The translations under genes and the position numbers were made by a program. Shown here piece after piece: positions 46,294 to 54,306 of a stretch of DNA of 62,068 bases. The stretch is from the IMG/VR virus record IMGVR_UViG_3300037222_000092, positions 1 to 62,068 of that record, one strand, 5' to 3'. Under the pieces are notes generated by a model that saw only the letters and a list, made by a program, of their open reading frames with translations, searched no databases and had not been told where the DNA came from. This stretch comes from a virus (Duplodnaviria > Caudoviricetes). Numbering within the stretch: the first letter of the stretch is position 1; each line of letters opens with the position of its first letter.

Positions 46294-47232
46294 TTAGCAA
46301 CCGATGCAATGGCTTCCGCCTCCGGCTCCGCCGGTTGGCGCGTTAATGGTGATGCCAGTGTTGCTCCCCATGTCGAAGGAGTTGTTCGCGGTCACGGCGG
46401 TCGTGGTGAACGTGGTATGAAAAATTGATGCCCAGCTTATTGTCGCCGCTGTAGTGATTGCCAGATTTACGGCTTGCGCAGCACTGTCGTCAAACTGGAT
46501 CAGTCCGGTCGACGTTCCGATAGCATTTAACGTCCCGATAGTTTGCGTTGCGTTCCCTGTAATAATATATCTGGCTGGCCCGTTTAGATTTAGTGTGGCG
46601 ATGGTGCCGCCAGTATTACCAAAAGACTTAGGCGTACCGGTCGACGAGTTCATCGTAACTATGTTGTAGGTTTTACCGCCGCCGTTCCAGATACTCGATC
46701 CGTTAACACCGTTCCCGCCCCACACGATCGTCGAACTGTTTGCATTAAACGTCAGATTGGTTACGACGCTGAAGTCCCAATTAACGCCGGTCGCCACAGA
46801 TCCGCTCAGGGTCCATGTTCCGTTCCCTAGATTTAGGGTTCTGGTTCCAGTCCCCGTGCCGCTAAACTCATTGGTTAAAGTAATATTCGGGTTGCTCGTC
46901 GCAAAATCCAGCGTTCCTGTGAACGCACCCATGGTGATTGATTGGAACGTGGAATTATTTAGGGTGGAATCTGCCGTGACGGTGCCGCCGCCCGAACTGG
47001 CGTCGAAGGTGGCCTTATCGGTTGTCGCCGACGGTAAGCAAGTACAGGTCGTTCCACCACTGGTGAACGACCAATGTGTAGTGGACGAGTTGTCCCACGT
47101 TCCGGTGCCACCAATCCAATAGCAATTATTAGCCGGCGTTCCGCCTGAGCATGTAGTCGCGTTCGCAGCAGACGGCAGCGAGACGAACGCCAGCGCCAGC
47201 GCAGTGAGAGCGTAGCGAAGGAAAGATTTCAT
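46294..47232 (-). CDS. Sec-signal beta-helix-like protein
   Basis: Signal ending AANA; YWIGGTGTWD...FDASSGGGTVT; Thr/Gly/Asn-rich; C-terminal GGAGGGSHCIGC. Confidence 0.75.
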   Translation of the reverse strand: MKSFLRYALTALALAFVSLPSAANATTCSGGTPANNCYWIGGTGTWDNSSTTHWSFTSGGTTCTCLPSATTDKATFDASSGGGTVTADSTLNNSTFQSITMGAFTGTLDFATSNPNITLTNEFSGTGTGTRTLNLGNGTWTLSGSVATGVNWDFSVVTNLTFNANSSTIVWGGNGVNGSSIWNGGGKTYNIVTMNSSTGTPKSFGNTGGTIATLNLNGPARYIITGNATQTIGTLNAIGTSTGLIQFDDSAAQAVNLAITTAATISWASIFHTTFTTTAVTANNSFDMGSNTGITINAPTGGAGGGSHCIGC

Positions 47233-47246
47233 GGCGCGGTCCTCAC

Positions 47247-47852
47247 TCAGTTTAAGTCAATGTTGACACTCATGGCGCCGGCAGTCGCCGCCGTGGTGTC
47301 GGTGAGTGCGTAGCCAGAAGTCACACAAATTGAGATGCCAGCGGAGAACGCTATACCAACCGTGTAATGAACCGAGATACCGCCAACCGAAGTCGAAGCC
47401 GGGATGGCGTATTGTTTGATGGCGTTCGTTGCGCTGTTGCATCCGTTAAATCCGGTCCCCGCGTTATAGAAACGGATGTAATTGACCGTGGCAGAATTGT
47501 TGGTGACGGTGAACCCGTAGAGGGTGCCAGCACCGTTCTTCACGACTTGATGGTTGTCGCTAGCGGTAGGCTGAAACACCGGGTATGCCGTCGCACCACC
47601 TGACGGTCCCGCCGTCGGCGTTTCAAAGAGCGGATTGGCCGCCGTACCCTTTTCAGCTCCGGTATTGTCAATCAGCACCGTGGCCGAGCAAATATCCGTC
47701 GTTTGACAGACAAATGACCAGATCGGTGCTGCTGTGCCTGGCTGCGGCAGGTTGAACGTCGTTCCTGCCCCGCCGAACACGTACATCGACGGAAAGATCA
47801 GGACCGCGAGAGCGAAAAGCCCGAAGCCCCAATGCTTGAGAAACTGTTTCAT
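47247..47852 (-). CDS. Signal-bearing beta-sandwich protein (paralog of 39186)
   Basis: Hydrophobic N-terminus; VVKNGAGTLYG...N....YIRFYN...GIAFSAGIS; RBS AAAGGAAA. Confidence 0.75.
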   Translation of the reverse strand: MKQFLKHWGFGLFALAVLIFPSMYVFGGAGTTFNLPQPGTAAPIWSFVCQTTDICSATVLIDNTGAEKGTAANPLFETPTAGPSGGATAYPVFQPTASDNHQVVKNGAGTLYGFTVTNNSATVNYIRFYNAGTGFNGCNSATNAIKQYAIPASTSVGGISVHYTVGIAFSAGISICVTSGYALTDTTAATAGAMSVNIDLN

Positions 47853-47868
47853 GGTGTGTTTTCCTTTG

Positions 47869-48084
47869 TCAGAACTGCATGGGAGACGGGATGAACGCGA
47901 CTGTGTCCGAGCAAGCCTGCGGTATTCCCGGCATAATCGCGCAGTTGCCTTGGGTGACTGGAGGAGTAACTCCACCACTGATGCTGATGTTGTAGTTGGA
48001 GTCGCGCGACTGCCAATACGTCCATGCACCCGTCGCAACGAACCATAAGCAAGTTGCGAGCAGCGCAGTGCTCAGGCTTCTCAT
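47869..48084 (-). CDS. Small exported peptide
   Basis: Signal-like N-terminus then YWQSRDSNYN, a GG/PP linker and a Cys pair; ATGA-coupled. Confidence 0.6.
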   Translation of the reverse strand: MRSLSTALLATCLWFVATGAWTYWQSRDSNYNISISGGVTPPVTQGNCAIMPGIPQACSDTVAFIPSPMQF

Positions 48085-48803
48085 AGTTCATACCCGAACG
48101 AATTTACATCTACCGCCGAGGCGGTTCCGTCAGCCGTAGTCGTGATGGTGATCGGAGTGTTCACCGCGATGGCCGGGATACAGGGGTTGAAACTTCGCGA
48201 GAACGTGGATCCTGCTGCGGTTGATGAGAACTGATAAGTTGCCGAGCTTGTAATCAAACCTGCAACTACTATCGGTCCCACCGTTGCCGTTCCTCCGAGA
48301 GCCGACACGTCGAAACCGCAGATGTAGGTCGTCTTGGCACTCGTTCCGGCGAGCGTGCCAACGACCGCGCCGGTTGTACCTGTGCTGTTGCCCGTGATCG
48401 GCGTAGCACCACCAGGGTATTGCCCGGTTAGGTAGCCTATGGGATTGGTCCCTGCAGGAATGGCCGCAGCGCTGTTTGTAACAAGCGTCGCCAAAGAAGA
48501 ATTTGCTGTTGTTTGATTGGCAGAAGTTGCCGCACCCGTCGGCAGTGAAATAGTACCGCTGACGTTCGTTACATTCCATGTCCCTGACTGTGCCACCAGG
48601 AACGGCGTCATGGCTGATATGCCCTGCACTGTCAGAACATTTGACTTCGCCGTTCCCGCCGTCCCAATAAGGTTGTCCAACGTCGAGACAGTGCCAGATC
48701 CTGCCGTTGGCACGCCGCTGGTGATTGTGACCGTGCTGACATTCTGCGCACAAGCCAGACTCGGAGCCAGCGCGATAAGTAGGGCTAGGATTATCTTGCG
48801 CAT
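48081..48803 (-). CDS. Sec-signal protein (paralog of 48927)
   Basis: MRKIILALLIALAPSLACA; QYP.GA.PIT...KTTYICG...PCIPA...GYEL. Confidence 0.8.
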   Translation of the reverse strand: MRKIILALLIALAPSLACAQNVSTVTITSGVPTAGSGTVSTLDNLIGTAGTAKSNVLTVQGISAMTPFLVAQSGTWNVTNVSGTISLPTGAATSANQTTANSSLATLVTNSAAAIPAGTNPIGYLTGQYPGGATPITGNSTGTTGAVVGTLAGTSAKTTYICGFDVSALGGTATVGPIVVAGLITSSATYQFSSTAAGSTFSRSFNPCIPAIAVNTPITITTTADGTASAVDVNSFGYEL

Positions 48804-48804
48804 G

Positions 48805-48930
48805 TTAAAATCCTAAAAAGTAGTAGGTCGGATGACCTGATGGGGGCGGACTGCCTCCGGTGCCGTGCCAGAACGCAAGTGCTGGAGCGGTTAGAGCAAG
48901 CGCAGCTATGAGTACGAGGACAAGTTTCAC
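48805..48930 (-). CDS. 41-aa exported peptide (mature FWHGTGGSPPPSGHPTYYFLGF)
   Basis: GTG overlaps the upstream TGA; 19-aa signal ending ALA. Confidence 0.65.
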   Translation of the reverse strand: MKLVLVLIAALALTAPALAFWHGTGGSPPPSGHPTYYFLGF

Positions 48931-49829
48931 AGTTGATATCCCCAGCCCTTCGACGATACATTGCCACCGGCACCTGGCGTTCCAGAGACAATGGCAATGC
49001 CAGTGTTGGTCGCACTTGCCGGGATGCACGGCGAGAATATTTGTTCGTCAACCCCGATGCCTGAAGCAAGAGGGGCAACCCACATGATCGAACTCATCGT
49101 TGCTGTGATGACGCCAGTGATCGTGTTGGTGACGGTCGCGGCTGCGGTCGCGTTAGCGCGGATCGAGTAGCCACAGATGTACGTGGTCTTTCCAACGGTG
49201 CCAGCGAGCGTTGCGGTTGTTGCCCCCGTGGTTCCGGTAGCTGACGCGGTAATCGGAACGGCCCCAGCCGGGTACTGACTAGTAGAGGTTGAATTTGTAA
49301 CCCACGGAGACGTGCCCTGATTGACTGTGCCGATAACCTTGGTCGTCTCAGCATTCAGTATTGCCGGTTGTGGTTGCCCCCCGCTAACGCCCTGCACCGT
49401 CACAATGGCGCCGGTCGGAGTTCCCGCCGTTGCCGTACCTGGGTTAAGCCCAACAACAAGTGTTGTGTCAGTCGCCGCAGGCAAGGTTGATGCCGCCTTG
49501 ACAGTCGCGACGTTGGCGCCGGCGCTGTCGACTATACCGACGCCGCCGATCGAGACCGTCGGGGCTTGGGTAGGAATTGCGCCAGTGATGCCAGCCAAGA
49601 TGGCGGCAGAATTTGCCTCGGTGACTGTGTTCGTTACAAACGCATTAACCCCAGGCACCTTCACCGCGCCGGGTGATGTGCCGTAGTTTGCCATCGCTCC
49701 TAAGATTGGGCTGGCTCCAGCGCCCCACTGTTTCACATTGACATTGCCAGTCTGTGCCCATGCAACGCTAGGCGCGAACAGCAGCGCAAGGACAACAAAC
49801 CTGATGGTATTTTTCATCATGATCACCAC
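48927..49829 (-). CDS. Sec-signal protein (paralog of 48081)
   Basis: Signal ending AWA; QYPAGAVPIT...KTTYICG...PCIPA...GYQL. Confidence 0.8.
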   Translation of the reverse strand: MVIMMKNTIRFVVLALLFAPSVAWAQTGNVNVKQWGAGASPILGAMANYGTSPGAVKVPGVNAFVTNTVTEANSAAILAGITGAIPTQAPTVSIGGVGIVDSAGANVATVKAASTLPAATDTTLVVGLNPGTATAGTPTGAIVTVQGVSGGQPQPAILNAETTKVIGTVNQGTSPWVTNSTSTSQYPAGAVPITASATGTTGATTATLAGTVGKTTYICGYSIRANATAAATVTNTITGVITATMSSIMWVAPLASGIGVDEQIFSPCIPASATNTGIAIVSGTPGAGGNVSSKGWGYQL

Positions 49830-50242
49830 TTGATCGCTGTGAATTTGTGCCCGGTCGTGGCGCCGACTATGCTGACGGAATGGAATGGAAGCATGCCGTG
49901 TGGCGTCGTATAGCTACCCCCGCCAGCAGCGACGTTGATACTCGCTTGTCCATTCGCCAGCGCAGTAGTTGATAATGAAATCCATAAATCTTCGGTCGCG
50001 TCTGGATTGTGAACCGTGAATCCGTTTGTCGGTGTTGCGGATGCAAATAAATCCTGCGCGGTTCCGCCAGTAGTAATCGTTCCTGATCCATCCGATCCAG
50101 AGGCAGTCGAAATTATTTCGGCACCCGCGCTGGTATTTGGCACAAAGCGCTGAAGTTGCTTTGTTACCGCATCCTCAGTAATCGAATTGGTTGCTATATC
50201 AGCGCCGGAGCCCGGAGTGACCGGTACATTAGAAGTTGTCAT
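49823..50242 (-). CDS. Beta-sandwich virion-associated protein
   Basis: NVPVTPGSGA; SGTITTGGTAQ...GATTGHKFTA; no signal peptide. Confidence 0.7.
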   Translation of the reverse strand: MTTSNVPVTPGSGADIATNSITEDAVTKQLQRFVPNTSAGAEIISTASGSDGSGTITTGGTAQDLFASATPTNGFTVHNPDATEDLWISLSTTALANGQASINVAAGGGSYTTPHGMLPFHSVSIVGATTGHKFTAIKW

Positions 50243-50246
50243 CGGA

Positions 50247-50654
50247 TTAGGCCCCCGGCGCTGTCTTGGTGAATCCGTTGACGTTGATGGTCTGGCCGAT
50301 TGCAATCGATGGATTATCGACCGTCAGATCGCCACCACTTCCTGTGATAGTAACTGCCCCCTGTTCGTGACAAGTTGCCCCAGTCGAATCATAAATTCGG
50401 TAATGTCCGATCGTGCCTGCGGCGAGACCTGTCGTCACCAGGGATAAATTATTAAATACCTTTGCTCCCGCTGACGCAGCAGCTGCCCAATCTGATGCCA
50501 TAGCATCCTCAGCGAGTAACGTGCCCGCTTCGGCTGCGGCACAATTTGCAGGCTGTGCCCCTGTGTAAAATCGCAATTTCGCAGAAGGGCCGATCGCGGT
50601 TTCCCACGCATCGAGCATCCCGTTGCGAACGGTCGTGGAATTTTGAACGGTCAT
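50247..50654 (-). CDS. Virion structural protein (fibre/neck-associated)
   Basis: RNGMLDA...LRFYTGAQPA...GT..HYRIYDS.G..CH.QG.V...GGDL. Confidence 0.7.
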   Translation of the reverse strand: MTVQNSTTVRNGMLDAWETAIGPSAKLRFYTGAQPANCAAAEAGTLLAEDAMASDWAAAASAGAKVFNNLSLVTTGLAAGTIGHYRIYDSTGATCHEQGAVTITGSGGDLTVDNPSIAIGQTINVNGFTKTAPGA

Positions 50655-50729
50655 GGGAATGCCTCATGTTAGATTGGCGAAGCGGAATTGATCATTGCGG
50701 AATAGCGGACACCGCGACCGTGACACGCG

Positions 50730-51461
50730 TTACATCCAAACGCGATAACTCGTAAGAAGTGCTTGCACGGCCCCATTGATCGCGGCTTCCGCGCCACCGC
50801 CCATAGTCCAGCCGCGGTCTAGAATTCCCGGTACGGATTCCCGGCTAAGAAATAGATTTTGCTGTGTAAGAGATCGGAGGTGGCTGACCTGCAGCGCTAT
50901 TGCTGTTCGAATTGTTTCCGGAACATCCGTTCCATCGTCTCCGTAACCCGCAATAAACTGAACTATGACAGAGCCAGGAGTCAGCGCCGTAGACGGCCAA
51001 CTCGCACCCGTAACCAAAGACAAATCGGACGGCGCGTCCGCATTAACGATGTAGGTAGCCGGATCAAATGTCTGCGGGTTTCCATCAACGTCGAGATAAG
51101 TGACGCTCACGACCTCCTGCAGAGGCGGCAATGGAATTGCAATGCCGTGGCGTTTTTTCGACGTGTAGGGATACATCCCCCACAATTCCTGTGGGTGCGG
51201 ATACCAGACTTCCTGCGGATAAAAGCCCTTTTCCTGGTAATAATAATTTGACGTTGGAAAGCGATCGAGCACCAAGTTCCAGGTTTGCGTATTCAATGCC
51301 CGGCCGAGCCAACCATCTGGCCCATCAATCATCTGCCGTGACGCGCTGACGAGTGCATCGACCACGGTATCTGTTAGCTCAGTACCAATGTTAAGCCGCG
51401 CCCTCACTTCCGCAGTGGTCAATGGCTCGACATCCGGCGGTTCGACGAGAACGAGCGACAT
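50730..51461 (-). CDS. Head-tail connector protein (gp6-like)
   Basis: PP.VEPLT.AEVRARL...GRAL.TQTW...PPLQ.V.SVTY.D..G...AGYG...VPE.IR.AI. Confidence 0.9.
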   Translation of the reverse strand: MSLVLVEPPDVEPLTTAEVRARLNIGTELTDTVVDALVSASRQMIDGPDGWLGRALNTQTWNLVLDRFPTSNYYYQEKGFYPQEVWYPHPQELWGMYPYTSKKRHGIAIPLPPLQEVVSVTYLDVDGNPQTFDPATYIVNADAPSDLSLVTGASWPSTALTPGSVIVQFIAGYGDDGTDVPETIRTAIALQVSHLRSLTQQNLFLSRESVPGILDRGWTMGGGAEAAINGAVQALLTSYRVWM

Positions 51462-51464
51462 GGA

Positions 51465-52172
51465 TCACCGCCTCCGGAATGCGAATGAACCGATGTCCTC
51501 GCGACCGATCTTGGTCTCGATGTCGCTGTGCTCTATGCAATCAAAGCCCAGTGAATTCATCACCGTAATCAAACCTGGTGCGGTAAAATACCAAACGTGT
51601 TCGTCTTTACGAAAATGCTTCGAGCCAAGCACATGATCGCAGTCATTAAAGATCGGCAGCGAGACAAAAACCCACTCTCTCACATTATCCAATAGGTGAC
51701 GGAAATCATGGATATGCTCGAGCACGTCCCATAGACTAATCGCATCAACCGGCACGAGATTCGGATCAATCAGCAGATTCTTGTCCGCCAGCCACTTCAT
51801 CGCCTTCGGACAAACGTCCCAACCGTAAGTCTTGCGACGCCCCTGGTTGCGCAATTCAACGAAGGCGCCGGATCCGATTCCGACATCGACCAGCGTTCCA
51901 CTGAAATGGCGTGCGACAAAATCAACACGCGCCCGCATCAGAGTGCGGCCGATCTCCGAATTGGCCTGGTCGGCAAAGCGGTCGAAATAGGCGGTGTTGT
52001 AGGGTGCGATTCCGGCCTCGACCGGATAGTAACCGATCCCGATATCCGGCCACCATGTCAGCCGGCGCGCTGCGATGATGTGGCGTAAAGACCGGCTCGG
52101 TTCACGAAGCCCATCCACTGTTCCGACAAATTCGTTATTTGCTTGTCGCAAAGGTGCTGCATATCCGTGCAT
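51465..52172 (-). CDS. Class I SAM-dependent methyltransferase
   Basis: LVDVGIGSGAF motif I; WDVLEHI; start uncertain. Confidence 0.85.
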   Translation of the reverse strand: MHGYAAPLRQANNEFVGTVDGLREPSRSLRHIIAARRLTWWPDIGIGYYPVEAGIAPYNTAYFDRFADQANSEIGRTLMRARVDFVARHFSGTLVDVGIGSGAFVELRNQGRRKTYGWDVCPKAMKWLADKNLLIDPNLVPVDAISLWDVLEHIHDFRHLLDNVREWVFVSLPIFNDCDHVLGSKHFRKDEHVWYFTAPGLITVMNSLGFDCIEHSDIETKIGREDIGSFAFRRR

Positions 52173-52951
52173 CGACAGAACCTTTCGGGCATTGCAAATC
52201 CGATGCGCGATAAATTCATGCGCGGATCGGTTATTTTCTCTGGTGCGTTATGGCCGCCATGACCGCCGAGCACGATGAACGCCTTGGTCTTGAGTGCGAT
52301 CGCGGCCGGCACGATCCAACCGACGCCGCCGACGACCACGTCCGCATCGCGAATGAGCGCGAGCAACTGGCGGACGTCGAATTCTCCGTTGACGAAAGCG
52401 GCATTGTGCGGCGGCAACTCGCCAGCGAGCCATTCCTCGCCAACCTTTAAATGAGCTACCACCACGACAGCAAAGCCACGGCTTTTCAGATCGGATGCAA
52501 TGCTCGCAATATATTCCGGTCGGGGACTTCTTGCGTCGTTCTGCCATTCCGTTCGCACAGTGACGGGGCGAATAACCGCGAGTTTTGCCTTACCAGAATC
52601 AACCGGGCTCTTGCCTAATGGCGGCAAATCCCATTTCGGCTTCGTTCCATTATATGGCAGCGATTGCTCGATCGCAGTGATAACAGAACCGTTGGCGAGT
52701 TGCATGCCTTTGTAACCGACATGCACGGTACTGATACCATACGGAGTAGGCGACCATCGGCCCGCTGGCTGCAGCAAGACATTTTGCGTTTGCGTGCGCA
52801 GTCGGCGGTCACCCTGCACAAAACGTAACGGCAAATCCTCGTAGAGTTCCGGCCACGGCGTATCTAGCCAAACGTCATGATATTGGCAGAGTGCACTAAT
52901 GAACGGCCGCGAATATATATTATCGCCAAGACCCCAGCATCCGTGGATCAA
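52058..52951 (-). CDS. Glycosyltransferase-like protein (GT-B, GT9-like)
   Basis: GLGDNI N-terminal motif; ALIRDADVVVG...AAIALKTKAFIVLGG. Confidence 0.7.
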   Translation of the reverse strand: MIHGCWGLGDNIYSRPFISALCQYHDVWLDTPWPELYEDLPLRFVQGDRRLRTQTQNVLLQPAGRWSPTPYGISTVHVGYKGMQLANGSVITAIEQSLPYNGTKPKWDLPPLGKSPVDSGKAKLAVIRPVTVRTEWQNDARSPRPEYIASIASDLKSRGFAVVVVAHLKVGEEWLAGELPPHNAAFVNGEFDVRQLLALIRDADVVVGGVGWIVPAAIALKTKAFIVLGGHGGHNAPEKITDPRMNLSRIGFAMPERFCRCTDMQHLCDKQITNLSEQWMGFVNRAGLYATSSQRAG

Positions 52952-53205
52952 AAGAGCGGGTTTTGGTCCAACGTCTTTTTTTTGACCTCGCGCGCCGATA
53001 AAGGGCGCTTAGGCTCCTGCGGAGCGTCTGCCTTAACTTCGACGGTCTCACCGGAATGACGGGGCAGCCGCACTGCGAGCTGAGCGCGCTCCAAATCTCG
53101 CGCCCGATCCTCAGTCGCCAGAAACTCTCGGCCAAGGTTGACATGTCCCTCAAATTGATCATTGCGCCATGAGCGCATCGCCTTCATTTTCACCAATTCC
53201 GGCAT
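52948..53205 (-). CDS. Small head-associated hypothetical protein
   Basis: GGAGAG RBS; G.EF....RA.DL...LA pattern after the capsid gene. Confidence 0.6.
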   Translation of the reverse strand: MPELVKMKAMRSWRNDQFEGHVNLGREFLATEDRARDLERAQLAVRLPRHSGETVEVKADAPQEPKRPLSAREVKKKTLDQNPLF

Positions 53206-53217
53206 AAAACTGCTCTC

Positions 53218-54171
53218 CTAGAGAAGATGAAGGCGATGATCGCGCTTGGCGTTGTTGTCTTCGGCCCACCATGGCCGAATATTTGGCAATCCCCATGCAA
53301 ATTTGAAATCAGGATGGGAGGGTCCGTCAAAATTCCACATAGCGAGTGGCAGAATGTGTTCAACCTCCCAGTCGCCGTAGTTTTCGAACGTCATCCCTTC
53401 TAAAAATTGGCGCTCTAAGTGGAGCATCAATTCCTTCAGGGAATAGCCGACTAAATTCTCCCAATGGGCGCCGGCCTTGGATCCCCTCAGGCTGCGCGCG
53501 ATCGCGCTGCCAATCCTTGAATTAAGTCGCAGCTGCGGGCTGCTGGCCATCCGTCGCGATTGGTTCTTGCGCGCCTGCTCCGTCCGTTCTTCAACAACAC
53601 ATATTGTACAGAATTTCTGTAAAGCACCCTTCCGAACAATATCCCTATTGCATTTCTTACAACTAATAATGTCTCCCAAATTTGCCGTCGGTCGACCCTG
53701 CCGCTTACGGTAAATGTCGCGGTCAATTTTCAATTGGGATTGGCGGCGGCATTCAGGACAATATTTTTGTAGGCCACCGTTGCGCACGATCTGAGCCGGA
53801 CAGGTTTCACATTTTATAAAACTGCCAAGCGGGACAACCACGCCATGTGCCGCCCGTTGATGTGCCTGTTTATAGGCTTTCTTTTCGATCGCGCGGCAAT
53901 CAGAACATAATTTTTGAGCGCCCGAGCCGCGGATTACGTCAGCACCACATTTACACTGAAAGACATCGCCGCGCGTTGTGCCGCCGCGTTCGATAGTTTT
54001 ACGCTTATGCCAAGCGTTGCTAATCCGGTTGGATTGCTCTCTCTTGCACTTCGCGCAAATTTTCTGGGAATTGCTTGTCCGAACGACTGTCTTTTCACAG
54101 TCCCGGCAAACGAACCGGCGTATGGCTTGCGAAGTCGCGGCGGATTCGGCATCTTTTCGTTCAGGCATCAT
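53218..54171 (-). CDS. HNH/EndoVII-like homing endonuclease with four tandem zinc-ribbon repeats
   Basis: 4x C(x)xC-x5-R-x4-QKxCxxC; GYS..EL..HLERQF..GMT.ENYG.W..EHI.P...NI.P.WA.DN..K. Confidence 0.8.
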   Translation of the reverse strand: MMPERKDAESAATSQAIRRFVCRDCEKTVVRTSNSQKICAKCKREQSNRISNAWHKRKTIERGGTTRGDVFQCKCGADVIRGSGAQKLCSDCRAIEKKAYKQAHQRAAHGVVVPLGSFIKCETCPAQIVRNGGLQKYCPECRRQSQLKIDRDIYRKRQGRPTANLGDIISCKKCNRDIVRKGALQKFCTICVVEERTEQARKNQSRRMASSPQLRLNSRIGSAIARSLRGSKAGAHWENLVGYSLKELMLHLERQFLEGMTFENYGDWEVEHILPLAMWNFDGPSHPDFKFAWGLPNIRPWWAEDNNAKRDHRLHLL

Positions 54172-54198
54172 TGATTCTCAACCAATCGGTGATGTTTA

Positions 54199-54233
54199 GA
54201 AATCCGCCGAGATCACAAGTCTCGGCGGATTTC
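54199..54233. terminator. 14-bp stem hairpin between capsid and endonuclease genes
   Basis: GAAATCCGCCGAGA-TCACAAG-TCTCGGCGGATTTC. Confidence 0.6.
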
Positions 54234-54306
54234 GCTTTTTATAGCCCATTCACTTTGGATCATCAAGCAGCAAGTATATTCCAAGTATTAATTGGCGATA
54301 TACTTA

